A stretch of DNA of 64,000 nt from an uncultured Pseudomonadota bacterium (GCA_964651435.1 CAZYVU010000004.1:49660-113659); one strand, 5' to 3'; shown: positions 7,490 through 16,890, counted from the stretch's first letter. Notes: generated from the sequence alone by a model not told the origin. Translations and numbers: made by a program.

Positions 7490-8263
7490 ATGAAGAGAAG
7501 CTTCATGTATATTTACGGGCCCGTTTCATCCTGGAGAATGGGCAGCTCTCTTGGTATCGATCTCTTGTCGCAGCCGGAAAAAATCTGCTCTTTTGACTGC
7601 ACCTATTGCCAGCTCGGAAGGACCTGCAACGGTGAGACAAAGAGGAAGATCTGCGTTCCTGTTGAAGACATGTTGGAGGAAATTCGGTCGTTACCTGAGA
7701 TTTCCGTCGACTGCTTTACCTTTTCCGGAAGAGGAGAACCAACACTGGCAGCAAACCTTGGCGACGCGATCAGGGCCCTCAGGCAGGCCAGGTCCGAGCG
7801 AATCGCCGTCATTACAAACTCATCGCTATTGCAACAGGATGATGTCCAAAATGACCTCTTGCAGGCCGACCTCGTTATTGCCAAACTCGATGCGCCGTCG
7901 CAAGATGTATTTGAGGCCATCAACAGGCCTTGTTCCGGTTGCGACTTCCCGGGCCTTCTTGCGGCCCTTGTAGATTTCAGGGGCCGTTTTTCCGGCACGC
8001 TTGCTTTACAAATCATGTTTACGGCACAGAATAGGGGCTACGCGTCCGAGATAGCGCACATTGCCCGGATCATCGCGCCGGACGAGGTGCACATCAATAC
8101 ACCGCTAAGACCTTGCGCCGTCCACCCCCTCGGAAGAGAGGAGCTCTCTCGTATCACGGCCTTCTTCGCCGGGCTTAATGCCCTTTCCGTCTACGAAAGC
8201 AGCAAGAAATTCGTCGAGCCCATGAGCGACGACGACACACTACGAAGAAGGGGAAAGGTTTAG
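7490..8263 (+). CDS. radical SAM protein (COG0731/Tyw1-like bacterial family, function unknown)
   Basis: YGPVSSWRMGSSLGIDL followed by CSFDCTYCQLG (CxxxCxxC), then GRGEPTL. Start moved to the ATG preceded by GGGGTGA. Confidence 0.75.
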   Translation: MKRSFMYIYGPVSSWRMGSSLGIDLLSQPEKICSFDCTYCQLGRTCNGETKRKICVPVEDMLEEIRSLPEISVDCFTFSGRGEPTLAANLGDAIRALRQARSERIAVITNSSLLQQDDVQNDLLQADLVIAKLDAPSQDVFEAINRPCSGCDFPGLLAALVDFRGRFSGTLALQIMFTAQNRGYASEIAHIARIIAPDEVHINTPLRPCAVHPLGREELSRITAFFAGLNALSVYESSKKFVEPMSDDDTLRRRGKV

Positions 8264-8265
8264 GG

Positions 8266-8976
8266 ATGGAGATTAAGATCCTCTTCGACAACAGAAGGCT
8301 GAATCGCACGTTCATAGCAGGGTGGGGATTGTCATATCTTGTTGACGACCGGATCCTCTTTGACACAGGCGAGAGCGCAGGACCCCTTTTCTACAACATG
8401 GACCGCATGGGCGTCAGTATCGAGCAGATCCAGTCAGTCGTCATTTCCCATGAACATTTTGACCATACCGGCGGCCTCTGGAACATCCTTAAGGAAAGGC
8501 CGGGCATCAATGTCTATGTATGTCCGGATTTCAGCGCGCCATTCAAGGAAGAGGCGGCATCGTATACCTGTAACGTAATAGAGGCTCACCATATGACCCC
8601 GATTGCCGAGCGCATACAGGCAACGGGTCAGTTACGCAGCGGCACCCATTCGGACGGTATCGCAGAGCAGTCCTTGGTACTTTGTACGGAGCTGGGCCTG
8701 ACAATGCTGACGGGCTGCGCACATGTCGGCATAGTAGACATGGTGGAGCAGGTAACAATGGTGACGGGAAAGAAATCCTATCTTGTCATGGGCGGTTTTC
8801 ACCTCCTCGGCGAACCCGAGACCATGGTACAGGCTGTCGGCAGAAGACTGCACGAGCTTGGCGTACAATACATCGGGCCGGCCCACTGCACCGGCACCGA
8901 ACCAATGCGAATCCTAAAGGGGTCGTACGGACAACGTTTCATCGATGTCCTCGTAGGCGAGACAATAAAGGTTTGA
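8266..8976 (+). CDS. MBL-fold metallo-hydrolase superfamily protein (COG1237-like)
   Basis: ISHEHFDHTGG metal motif and later GCAHVG and GGFHL motifs. Starts 2 nt after the radical SAM stop. Confidence 0.7.
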   Translation: MEIKILFDNRRLNRTFIAGWGLSYLVDDRILFDTGESAGPLFYNMDRMGVSIEQIQSVVISHEHFDHTGGLWNILKERPGINVYVCPDFSAPFKEEAASYTCNVIEAHHMTPIAERIQATGQLRSGTHSDGIAEQSLVLCTELGLTMLTGCAHVGIVDMVEQVTMVTGKKSYLVMGGFHLLGEPETMVQAVGRRLHELGVQYIGPAHCTGTEPMRILKGSYGQRFIDVLVGETIKV

Positions 8977-9028
8977 TGCCGCTAAAAGTGTTCTTTGCAT
9001 CGTTGCGTGGTCCAGGCTAAGGGGTGCC

Positions 9029-9778
9029 ATGGCTGTTGGGACATTACCGCTGATTATCGGGGCCACCCTGGTGGGGAGTGTGGCCACCCTGGTGGGGGCA
9101 TCTTTCGTGCTCCTCTGCTCCAAGGGGAGAAGCCGGATCTTTATTCCTTTTCTTGTAAGTTATGCCACCGGAACGCTTCTCGGGGCAGCCTTTTTGGGCA
9201 TGATACCGAAGGCACTGAAAGTTTCCTCAACAACCACAGTCTCCGCTACCATACTGGCCGGCACTCTCCTCTTCTTCCTGCTTGAGAAGTCCGTCATCTG
9301 GCGCCACTGCCACGAAGACAACTGCGACATTCACACGAGGGCAGGCACTCTCATTATTTTTGGCGATGCTTTTCACAACTTTGTTGACGGCATCGTTATC
9401 GCCGTGGCCTTTATGGCCGACAGGTCATTTGGGGCCGCGACCACCGTAGCCGTTCTCGCCCATGAAATTCCGCAGGAAATGGGAGATTTTGCGATCCTCA
9501 TTGAAAGCGGCTACCCTCGGGCGAAGGCATTTCTTTACAACTTCCTATCCCAGGCAACCTCTCTGCTGGGTGCGGTCGCCGCCTACTTCTATCTCCAGGC
9601 CGCCGAGGCCGCTATTCCATACGTCCTCTCCATGTCAGCGGCAAGCTTCATCTACATCGCCCTGGCGGACCTCATCCCCGGGCTCCATCGAACAATAGAA
9701 CTGAAAAACAGTTTTATTCAGTTAGTGCTGCTCCTGTCGGGAATCGGGACGATAGCCCTTTTCGTTGCCTCTCCTTAA
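9029..9778 (+). CDS. ZIP-family divalent metal permease (ZupT-like)
   Basis: Multi-pass membrane protein with the signature HEIPQEMGDFAIL and HNFVDG. Confidence 0.8.
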   Translation: MAVGTLPLIIGATLVGSVATLVGASFVLLCSKGRSRIFIPFLVSYATGTLLGAAFLGMIPKALKVSSTTTVSATILAGTLLFFLLEKSVIWRHCHEDNCDIHTRAGTLIIFGDAFHNFVDGIVIAVAFMADRSFGAATTVAVLAHEIPQEMGDFAILIESGYPRAKAFLYNFLSQATSLLGAVAAYFYLQAAEAAIPYVLSMSAASFIYIALADLIPGLHRTIELKNSFIQLVLLLSGIGTIALFVASP

Positions 9779-9830
9779 CGGGCCGTTCCGCGTACGGCTC
9801 GGTCTGTCGATGCAGGGCGAAGAGGGGCCA

Positions 9831-10526
9831 TTACGGTTCTTTGAGCCATGAATAGTAACTCCCCAACAGATAAAGGGCCGCCAGGGGGTTGTGTCCCGTG
9901 ACGCGGTCCTTGACGGCAAGCACCGTGGAGGGGGCCTTCGCATACTTGAAGAAGAGCGAGTCGTGGCCCACGCAGAGACCGAGAAGGACGTTGAAATCCG
10001 TCTCCTCTTCGTTGGCGATCATAGCCTGAAAAATAGGGTTGCACATGGACTCGTGCCCCCCCCTGAACACCTTTTCGTCATCGGTCAGCCCTATCTCTTC
10101 CTTTGCCACGCATCCGGCCTTGCACATCACAGAAACGACGTCAAAACCCTTCTGCTCAAAAAAGCCGCAGGTCAACCGTGCCTCCGCGACAAGGCCGGCG
10201 CAGAAGATAAGCCCGAGGCGCTCGTAACCCATCCGTCGGGCAAACTCGCATATCTCCAGAATGCGCGGCTTTGTCGGATGGATGACGTATGGTCTCCGCT
10301 CCCTGCCGGCGTAGCACTCCCCTTCCTGAATGGAGGCCTGCCGGGCAAACTCGCCGTTTTCCAAGGATCTGTACTCCTGCCGGGCCTTCTCAAGCAGGCC
10401 TCTGAAGGACGCCGTGGGGCATCCCGCCGCAGGAGAGCCTCCGGGCTTCATGCAGGCACGCTCGCGAAACTCGACGCTGCATTCTGCGCACTGAGCCTTG
10501 ATCTTCTGTGATTTTCGGGCCGTCAT
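9831..10526 (-). CDS. DUF1847 family Cys-rich (metal-binding) protein
   Basis: N-terminal CAECS..C..C and the conserved LLGLCVGHDSLFFKY block. Confidence 0.6.
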   Translation of the reverse strand: MTARKSQKIKAQCAECSVEFRERACMKPGGSPAAGCPTASFRGLLEKARQEYRSLENGEFARQASIQEGECYAGRERRPYVIHPTKPRILEICEFARRMGYERLGLIFCAGLVAEARLTCGFFEQKGFDVVSVMCKAGCVAKEEIGLTDDEKVFRGGHESMCNPIFQAMIANEEETDFNVLLGLCVGHDSLFFKYAKAPSTVLAVKDRVTGHNPLAALYLLGSYYSWLKEP

Positions 10527-10876
10527 TGCGTGACCTCTTTCTCCTTTACAACCTCTGTCTTGAGAAACGTGAGCAGGTCCTGCAGCACAGGCAGGACGTC
10601 GCTTCTGAACCGCCCTGCGACAAGGACCTTCATGATGTCATCGCCAACGTTGAGCTCCCCCTCGTTAAGCCAAACCCGCACCTCGACTACTCCTTCTCTT
10701 GCTTTCGCCGCCGTTATTGCCTCGGCAAGCTTGTCGCGATCGTACGAAAGCAACATCCCCCGAACCGCTGAGCCCGTTTTTGCCGTGGCCCTCACAACCC
10801 CGTTATGAACGAGGATCATGCCCAGCTCCCTGGGATCAGCGCTCTTCTTCACCTCTCCAATCCATTCATCAAACAT
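10523..10876 (-). CDS. MoaE-like (molybdopterin synthase large-subunit fold) protein
   Basis: By-eye alignment to MoaE: HNGVVR vs TGKVR, NEGELNVGDDIMKVLVAGRFRSD vs IGELWPGDEIVFVGVTSAHRSS, TFLKTEVVKEKE vs DYLKTRAPFWKRE. ATGA overlap with the DUF1847 gene. Confidence 0.5.
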   Translation of the reverse strand: MFDEWIGEVKKSADPRELGMILVHNGVVRATAKTGSAVRGMLLSYDRDKLAEAITAAKAREGVVEVRVWLNEGELNVGDDIMKVLVAGRFRSDVLPVLQDLLTFLKTEVVKEKEVTQ

Positions 10877-10902
10877 CCTTCACCTCCTTCTTGGCCCTAT
10901 TA

Positions 10903-12258
10903 TTAGAGGAGGGCCATCAAGTCTCCGATATCCTCCACGCGCTCCAGCGACAGCACCCTTTCGACGATCAAGGGTGCTTTGGCTCTTGCGTCCGCCAGTC
11001 CGCTGTAATCCACACATTTGAAGAACTTCTGCACGCACTCCTCGACGGTCAACGGGTTTTCCGGGCTACCCCTCATGTGCTCAACGGTTTTCTCAATCGC
11101 CGCGCCCTTATAGCGCACGACGAGGCGCGCCCTGTTCATGTCCCGCTCCGGAATCGCCGGATCGGCCACCACGCGCACCTTTCCGATGAGACCGTCGCCG
11201 GGCGCCTGCCTTACCCGGTCCTCTTCGAAGTCCTCGAGGCGCACATCGCCCCGCTGCAGAGCCGCAGCAACCGTGTAAGGTATGCTGAACTGGGCATCCA
11301 CCTGGGGGTTTTCCCGAACGCTAAAAGGCCTTCCCACCATGTTTTCCGCCATGGAGGAAACGTAGGCCGCCACCTCCTCGATCTCCGACGGGTCCGGCCC
11401 GTGCTCCCGAAGGATGGTCAGTGCTGCGTCTATTGAGGCATGCGTCATCCTGCACGAAGGGTAAGGCTTCATGCTGAGGCCCATGCCCTCGTAACGGGTG
11501 CCCAGGTCTTCTGCCGCCCGTCGGGCGTCGAAGTCGCCCTGCTCGTAGAGGTTGAAAAATCCGTATTGACCTTCGAAGGTGTCACGTGCGCCCGTAATGC
11601 CGGCACGGGCCAGGTAGGCCGACACCACTCCGGCCTTGGCCGAGAAGGCAGGCTGCATACGCTTGACCAATCCGCCGTCAACCAGACACTGGGCGTTGCC
11701 TGCCGTCTGGCTGTAAACAATGCCCAGGGCCTGCCGTATGCCTCCGCCGCCGAGCCTCATCATCTTTGCCGCGGCAACTGCGGCGCCGAAACTCCCACAG
11801 GTAGCCGTCCTGATCCAGGACAGCGGCCGCCTCGTACCGAGGCCCAACCTGCAGACACTGTCGACGCCCAGGACAAGGGCACAGATGAGCTCCCTTCCGC
11901 TGGCCGGCCCAGCCGCCTCGGCTACGGCCAGCGCCGCCGGCAGCACCGACACATGGGCATGCAATGCGCTCTCGTCGAGCGTGTCGTCAAAGTCGAGGGC
12001 ATGCATCATCGTGCTGTTTGCAAAGGCCGCCCACGGCGACGGCACCCTGCCTCCCCCCGCCAGCACCGTCGATTCAGGGCTGCCGCCCCACTCTTGTACG
12101 AGACGCACCACCTCGCGGCAGCCCGGCGCATGTGCGCCCGCAAGGGCCACGCCCAGCGAGTCAAGAACGAACAGTTTGGCCCTCTCCACCACCGATGCGG
12201 GAAGGTCCTCATACTTGACGCGGGCCGCATGGTCCGCCATAGCCTCCAAGACATTCAT
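10903..12258 (-). CDS. MmgE/PrpD family protein (2-methylcitrate dehydratase-like)
   Basis: N-terminus ..YEDLPASVVERAKLFVLDSLGVALAG and the overall PrpD-type pattern. 451 aa. Confidence 0.85.
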   Translation of the reverse strand: MNVLEAMADHAARVKYEDLPASVVERAKLFVLDSLGVALAGAHAPGCREVVRLVQEWGGSPESTVLAGGGRVPSPWAAFANSTMMHALDFDDTLDESALHAHVSVLPAALAVAEAAGPASGRELICALVLGVDSVCRLGLGTRRPLSWIRTATCGSFGAAVAAAKMMRLGGGGIRQALGIVYSQTAGNAQCLVDGGLVKRMQPAFSAKAGVVSAYLARAGITGARDTFEGQYGFFNLYEQGDFDARRAAEDLGTRYEGMGLSMKPYPSCRMTHASIDAALTILREHGPDPSEIEEVAAYVSSMAENMVGRPFSVRENPQVDAQFSIPYTVAAALQRGDVRLEDFEEDRVRQAPGDGLIGKVRVVADPAIPERDMNRARLVVRYKGAAIEKTVEHMRGSPENPLTVEECVQKFFKCVDYSGLADARAKAPLIVERVLSLERVEDIGDLMALL

Positions 12259-12297
12259 ACCGCCTCCCTATGCTCCCGCCGGCGCACCGCTATCTGC

Positions 12298-13320
12298 CTA
12301 CCGGGGAATCTTCTTTCCCTTCTCTTTGTAATACTTTATCGCTCCGGGATGAAAGGGGAAAGGTGATCCATCGACGGCAATGTCAAGAGTGAGGTCGTTT
12401 GCAACTTTATGCATCGATACGAGCTCCGGCTTGTGATCAAAGAGGGTCTTCAAGACGTCGTAGACAAACTTGTCGTCCATCTTCTCGTGAGTAACGAGGA
12501 AGTTGCCCGCACAAACGGTAGCCACGCCATAGTCCACCCCCTTATACGTGTTTGGTGGACAGGTGGTTTTGAAGTATATGGGACCGTACTTGGCCACCAT
12601 TTTTGGAAGCACCTCAGCAGAGCTCAGCATTCTGATTTTCATGCCAGGGCTTGCCGCCACATCCATGACGGCCGCCGTAGGTATTCCGCCAACCCAAAAG
12701 AAGGCGTCGATCTTCCCGTCTTTGAGGGCCCCCGCCGATTCTGCCACGCTGAGACGGTCCCTTTTTACGTCCTTCTGTATATCCAGACCGTAGGCCTCAA
12801 GAATTCTGGTGGCCACAATCTCCGTTGCACTTCCCGGCGCACCGACGGAAACCCGCTTGCCCTTGAGGTCCTTAACCGACTGTATGCCGTTGCCGTCCAC
12901 CGTGACGATATGGGTAACGGAGGAATAAAGCCCGGCGATATTCCGCATGGGCACCTTCGCCTTGAACACCCCCTTGCCCATGTAAGCATCATAACCCACG
13001 TCACCAAGCATGATGGCCAGATCGGCCTTCCCGGCCCCAAGGAGCTTGGCATTGTCTACGGCCGCCGCCGTCACCTCTGCCGTCGCTTCAACTCCCGGAA
13101 TGTGCTTGGAAATGACGGCTGCGATAGCCCCGCTATAGGGATACCAAACGCCGCCTGTACCCCCGGCTGCGATGGAAATTCTCCGCACTTTGTCCGCTGA
13201 GATTGCCCCGGGGACTAAGGCCACGCAAACGATAACAAGGAGCGTTACAAAGCCCACAACCGCACAGGTCAAGCCCTTTCCGTGTTCGGACCCGCCCTTT
13301 GATGACGATTTTCTGTTCAT
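12298..13320 (-). CDS. TAXI-family TRAP-type solute-binding protein (no membrane partner nearby)
   Basis: Signal-anchor N-terminus, then AAGGTGGVWYPYSGAIAAVISKHIPGVEATAEVTAAAVDNAKLL. Start set at ATG 13320, preceded by GGAGG. Confidence 0.85.
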   Translation of the reverse strand: MNRKSSSKGGSEHGKGLTCAVVGFVTLLVIVCVALVPGAISADKVRRISIAAGGTGGVWYPYSGAIAAVISKHIPGVEATAEVTAAAVDNAKLLGAGKADLAIMLGDVGYDAYMGKGVFKAKVPMRNIAGLYSSVTHIVTVDGNGIQSVKDLKGKRVSVGAPGSATEIVATRILEAYGLDIQKDVKRDRLSVAESAGALKDGKIDAFFWVGGIPTAAVMDVAASPGMKIRMLSSAEVLPKMVAKYGPIYFKTTCPPNTYKGVDYGVATVCAGNFLVTHEKMDDKFVYDVLKTLFDHKPELVSMHKVANDLTLDIAVDGSPFPFHPGAIKYYKEKGKKIPR

Positions 13321-13349
13321 GACTACCTCCAATAACGTTATTGTCTGTC

Positions 13350-14582
13350 TCACAGAATCGCCCGTCGGAGAATCTGTGCAATGTCCATAACCTCAATTCT
13401 GTTGTTTACCTGAAGGTCCCTGACGGCGCCGTCAAGCATGGTAAAACACCAGGGACATGCCGTGGCGATCACCTCGGCGCCCGCAGCGAGGGCCTCGGCA
13501 ACCCTGACCTTCGAAAGCCTCCTCTCCTCCTCGACCTCCGCATACATTCGCCCTCCCCCTCCCCCGCAGCAGAGGGCGTCGTCCATGTTCGACTTCATCT
13601 CTACGAGCTTGAGGCCTGGGACAGATTTGAGGAGTTCTCTCGGCGGCCCATAGATCTTGTTGTGTTTTCCGAGGTAACAGGGGTCGTGGTAGGCCACGAC
13701 CCGAGGAAAGGTTCCCGCCGGTTCCCATCCATTCTCCTGTATACGCTTGAAGAGAAACTCCGTATAATGCTCTACGTGCCAGTCATCGCCGGCTTGCCGA
13801 TACTCGTGAAGAAAGGTGTTGTAACAGTGGGGGGAAAGCGTGACGACCCTTTTCACGCCTGCGGCTTTGAACCGGTCCACGTTCCGGACGGCGAGCTCAT
13901 CGAAGATAGCGGTATCGCCCATCCTGAGCGCCGGATCACCGCAGCAAATCTCGTCCGGCAGCACACCAAAGTCCACGTTCAAGCGCGTAAGCACATCGAC
14001 GAGGCTCCGCCCCACCTCCGCGAGCAGCGGATCGTAGGCGACGGTGCAACCGACGTAGAGCATCGTCCCGGTCCCATCGGCCGGCAGGCGCTTCACCTGC
14101 ATGTCCCCGAGCCAGCCCAGCCGCTCTTCGGGCTTGCCACCGTAAGGGTTCCCGTAGGCATAGATGTGCCAGAGGGGCTTTCGCTGTTGCGGCAAAGGGC
14201 CGATCATCATCTCGCGGAGGATTCTCCGGCCCTGTTCGATAGCCTCTCGGATCTTTATCCCTGTTGCCTTGGACTTGCAGCGGATGACGCAACCGTTGCA
14301 GGTTGTGCAGGCATAGACGATGTCGCGCAGGATCTCCCGCTCCTTGCCGGACATGAGGTTCCAACGCAGGGCATAGCTGAGGGACTGCAGGATGCCCGAT
14401 GGCGTTTGACTCATAAACCCCCGGGTGGATTGAAAAATGGGACATATGGTAAAGCAGTAGTTGCAATTCCGGCAACGGCTCGCCGCGTCAAGGATCGCCT
14501 CCCGGGCGGCCTCGACAACATCCGGGCCCGTCTTTTCGTCATCTCCCTCAGGACGGCCGTACTCTCGGTCCTTTTCTTCCAC
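13350..14582 (-). CDS. (Fe-S)-binding protein, GlcF/HdrD-like (two 4Fe-4S motifs plus CCG domains)
   Basis: CRNCNYCFTICP and CTTCNGCVIRC ferredoxin motifs. Two CCG-type segments (..HDPCYLG.., ..DALCCGGGGG..). Confidence 0.8.
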   Translation of the reverse strand: MEEKDREYGRPEGDDEKTGPDVVEAAREAILDAASRCRNCNYCFTICPIFQSTRGFMSQTPSGILQSLSYALRWNLMSGKEREILRDIVYACTTCNGCVIRCKSKATGIKIREAIEQGRRILREMMIGPLPQQRKPLWHIYAYGNPYGGKPEERLGWLGDMQVKRLPADGTGTMLYVGCTVAYDPLLAEVGRSLVDVLTRLNVDFGVLPDEICCGDPALRMGDTAIFDELAVRNVDRFKAAGVKRVVTLSPHCYNTFLHEYRQAGDDWHVEHYTEFLFKRIQENGWEPAGTFPRVVAYHDPCYLGKHNKIYGPPRELLKSVPGLKLVEMKSNMDDALCCGGGGGRMYAEVEEERRLSKVRVAEALAAGAEVIATACPWCFTMLDGAVRDLQVNNRIEVMDIAQILRRAIL

Positions 14583-14628
14583 CTATCTTGCCTCCAACGT
14601 CACGGCGACCCGCGGGGGTTTCCGGCCT

Positions 14629-16047
14629 TTACCGGTAACCCTCCAGCACGCCGGGGTTTAAAATGTTCTCTGCGTCGACGGCCCTTTTCAAATCTCTCAT
14701 CAAGCCGTAGGCGTGGGGGCCGTAACGCCGGATAAAGAAGGGCGTTCTTTTCGAGAACTGGCCCCACTCTCCGCCGCAGGTTCCATACTTGAGGTTAAGC
14801 TCCCCTTCCCTTTCAAACTTCTCGTCGATGGCCCGGTGCTTCGTCTCGTTGTCCCACTCCTTGGGTATGATGACCCCGGGGTGCATCGTCAGCCCGCCGA
14901 TATGGCCAAAAACATAGAGATCGAGGCGGCCGAGCACGGGCAACCCAGTGTTGAAGGCAGCTGCATCCCTCATACATTCCGGAAGATCCTTCAGGTTGGC
15001 AACAACCTCGGCCGAGGACCATTGGTTGCCGCTTTGCTGCATGAGGAAGGAGCCGATTACCTCGCGGGCCGACCAGAGTTTTTCCCAGAGATGCGGGTCA
15101 TCCACGAGGCCTTTGTCTGCGGGATGCTCGGTTTCGAGAGAGCGCATAATCTCGCGGGCCTTCCTCGACGCCTCCTCCTTCGATTCGCCGTGCGTTACGA
15201 AGAGCACCACAGAGCCCTGGGGTGGTTCGAGCCCTTTGAGGCCATAACCGATTGCCGAGGACCGTTCGTCCATGAACTCCATGAACAGGGGTGCGGGACG
15301 CCGTTCCATGTACATCCTCTGAACGGCCCGCGCAACGCTGTCGAGGTTTCGGTACACGGCAAAGCCGAAGGCCCGTTCGAATTGCGGCACAAGCCTCATT
15401 CTGATCCGCGTCACCACACCAAACAGCCCGTCGCCCCCCACAAAAAACTTCGTCAGGTCCGTGCCGGCCGCCCTTCGGAGTCCTTTCGTTCCCGTCTCTA
15501 TGATATGGCCGTTCGGAAGCACCGCCTCGACACCCAGCACGTAATCGCCCGGCTTTCCGATGCTCGTGTCGACTATGTGCGCACTCGTGTTGTTGGCGAT
15601 GATGCCGCCCATGCTTGCGATGAGCCTGCTGCCCGGGGCCGCCGGAAGAAAGAAGCCCCCGGGTTTGAGGGCTTCCTCGACATGGGCACAAATGGCCCCG
15701 GGGCCGCACTCAAAATACCCGTAGTCCTCAAAAAGCTCTATCGAGTCCAGGCGGCGCGTGCTCAGGACAATGCCCGGCACATGGTACCGCGAGGCACCCA
15801 GAAAGGATGTGCCCGAGCCCCGGACAAAAACGGGCACCCGGGCAGCCGCGGCATAGCGCATTATTCGGCTCACCTCGTCTGTTGAGCCCGGCATAACGAC
15901 GGCCGCCGGCAAGGTATCCCTGTCTGCCTCGTACGGAAATGTGTCAAGAGAGCTCTTGATCCGTTCAAAGATGTGCGTCATCACGTACTTCTTTGAAACG
16001 ATTCCTTCAAGCTCTCCGATCACGGCTTCCTGTTCTTGCACGGTCAT
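14629..16047 (-). CDS. FAD-linked oxidase (GlcD / D-lactate dehydrogenase-like)
   Basis: FAD-binding PCMH-type N-terminal half (..VFVRGSGTSFLG..). 472 aa, immediately upstream of the GlcF-like gene. Confidence 0.85.
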   Translation of the reverse strand: MTVQEQEAVIGELEGIVSKKYVMTHIFERIKSSLDTFPYEADRDTLPAAVVMPGSTDEVSRIMRYAAAARVPVFVRGSGTSFLGASRYHVPGIVLSTRRLDSIELFEDYGYFECGPGAICAHVEEALKPGGFFLPAAPGSRLIASMGGIIANNTSAHIVDTSIGKPGDYVLGVEAVLPNGHIIETGTKGLRRAAGTDLTKFFVGGDGLFGVVTRIRMRLVPQFERAFGFAVYRNLDSVARAVQRMYMERRPAPLFMEFMDERSSAIGYGLKGLEPPQGSVVLFVTHGESKEEASRKAREIMRSLETEHPADKGLVDDPHLWEKLWSAREVIGSFLMQQSGNQWSSAEVVANLKDLPECMRDAAAFNTGLPVLGRLDLYVFGHIGGLTMHPGVIIPKEWDNETKHRAIDEKFEREGELNLKYGTCGGEWGQFSKRTPFFIRRYGPHAYGLMRDLKRAVDAENILNPGVLEGYR

Positions 16048-16169
16048 ACGTCCTCCAGAGGTCCTCCATCGGCTGTCGCGTGGCTTTATTCGAGAGGTAA
16101 ACGGCCGCAGAAGGATTCAGACTACTACGTAGGGGCCCCAGGCTGTGCAAGAAACAACTGCAGGGGACC

Positions 16170-16198
16170 TTGACATGTTATGAGCATATGCTTAAAAT
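16170..16198 (+). promoter_or_regulatory. sigma-70-type promoter of the DUF134 operon with an embedded palindromic operator candidate
   Basis: TTGACA-N17-TAAAAT. The spacer ends in the perfect palindrome AGCATATGCT (16183-16192). ATG 16205 is only 6 nt after the -10. Confidence 0.6.
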
Positions 16199-16204
16199 AT
16201 TCTC

Positions 16205-16501
16205 ATGTCAAGACCAAAGAAATGCAGATGTGTCGATTGTAGCCCTCACGTATTTTATTTTAAACCCAAGGGGATTCCCTTGGTCAATCTCTTTGAGATT
16301 TCCCTTGAGATAGACGAGCTTGAGGCATTGAGGCTGGCCGACTACGAGGGCCTGTACCACGAAGAGGCATCGAAGAGAATGAACATATCAAGGGCTACTT
16401 TTGGCCGCGTTTTGTGCAGCGCCCGCCATAAGGTCGTGGAGGCCATACTGGAGGGCAAGGCCTTGAAGATTGAAAACCAACAAGCTGGAGGTCACATATG
16501 A
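16205..16501 (+). CDS. DUF134 (UPF0251) family putative DNA-binding protein
   Basis: MSRPKKCRCV..FKPKGIPL N-terminus and a sigma-70 region-4-like HTH (EEASKRMNISRATFGRVL). Confidence 0.8.
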   Translation: MSRPKKCRCVDCSPHVFYFKPKGIPLVNLFEISLEIDELEALRLADYEGLYHEEASKRMNISRATFGRVLCSARHKVVEAILEGKALKIENQQAGGHI

Positions 16502-16872
16502 AGGTCTGTTTTGCAGTACAGAAGGATGAGGGGCTGGAAAGCACCGTCTACGGTCATTTCGGTTCAGCTCCGGCTTTTATCGTCGTTGATACGGAAGCGG
16601 AGACGGCGGCTACGGTAGCCAACAGGGACCGGAACCACGCACACGGGGCCTGCAACCCCATGGCCGCCATCGGCGGGCAGCGGGTCGATGCCGTGGTTGT
16701 CGGCGGCATCGGGGCCGGTGCGCTCATGAGGCTCAACGCAGAGGGCATCAAGGTCTTCCGCGCTGCAGGGCCGTCGGTCCGGGCAAACCTATCCTTGATC
16801 AAAGATAATATGCTCCCCGAAATGACGGCGCAGAATACCTGCGCTGGCCACCAGGGCGGGTGCGGCCACTAA
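16498..16872 (+). CDS. NifB/NifX-like (FeMo-cofactor-binding domain) protein
   Basis: MKVCFAV..VYGHFGSAPAFIVVD..VDAVVVGGIGAGALMRLNAEGIKVF. ATGA overlap with the DUF134 gene. Confidence 0.8.
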   Translation: MKVCFAVQKDEGLESTVYGHFGSAPAFIVVDTEAETAATVANRDRNHAHGACNPMAAIGGQRVDAVVVGGIGAGALMRLNAEGIKVFRAAGPSVRANLSLIKDNMLPEMTAQNTCAGHQGGCGH

Positions 16873-16890
16873 CGCGAGAAGAGGTGACAT

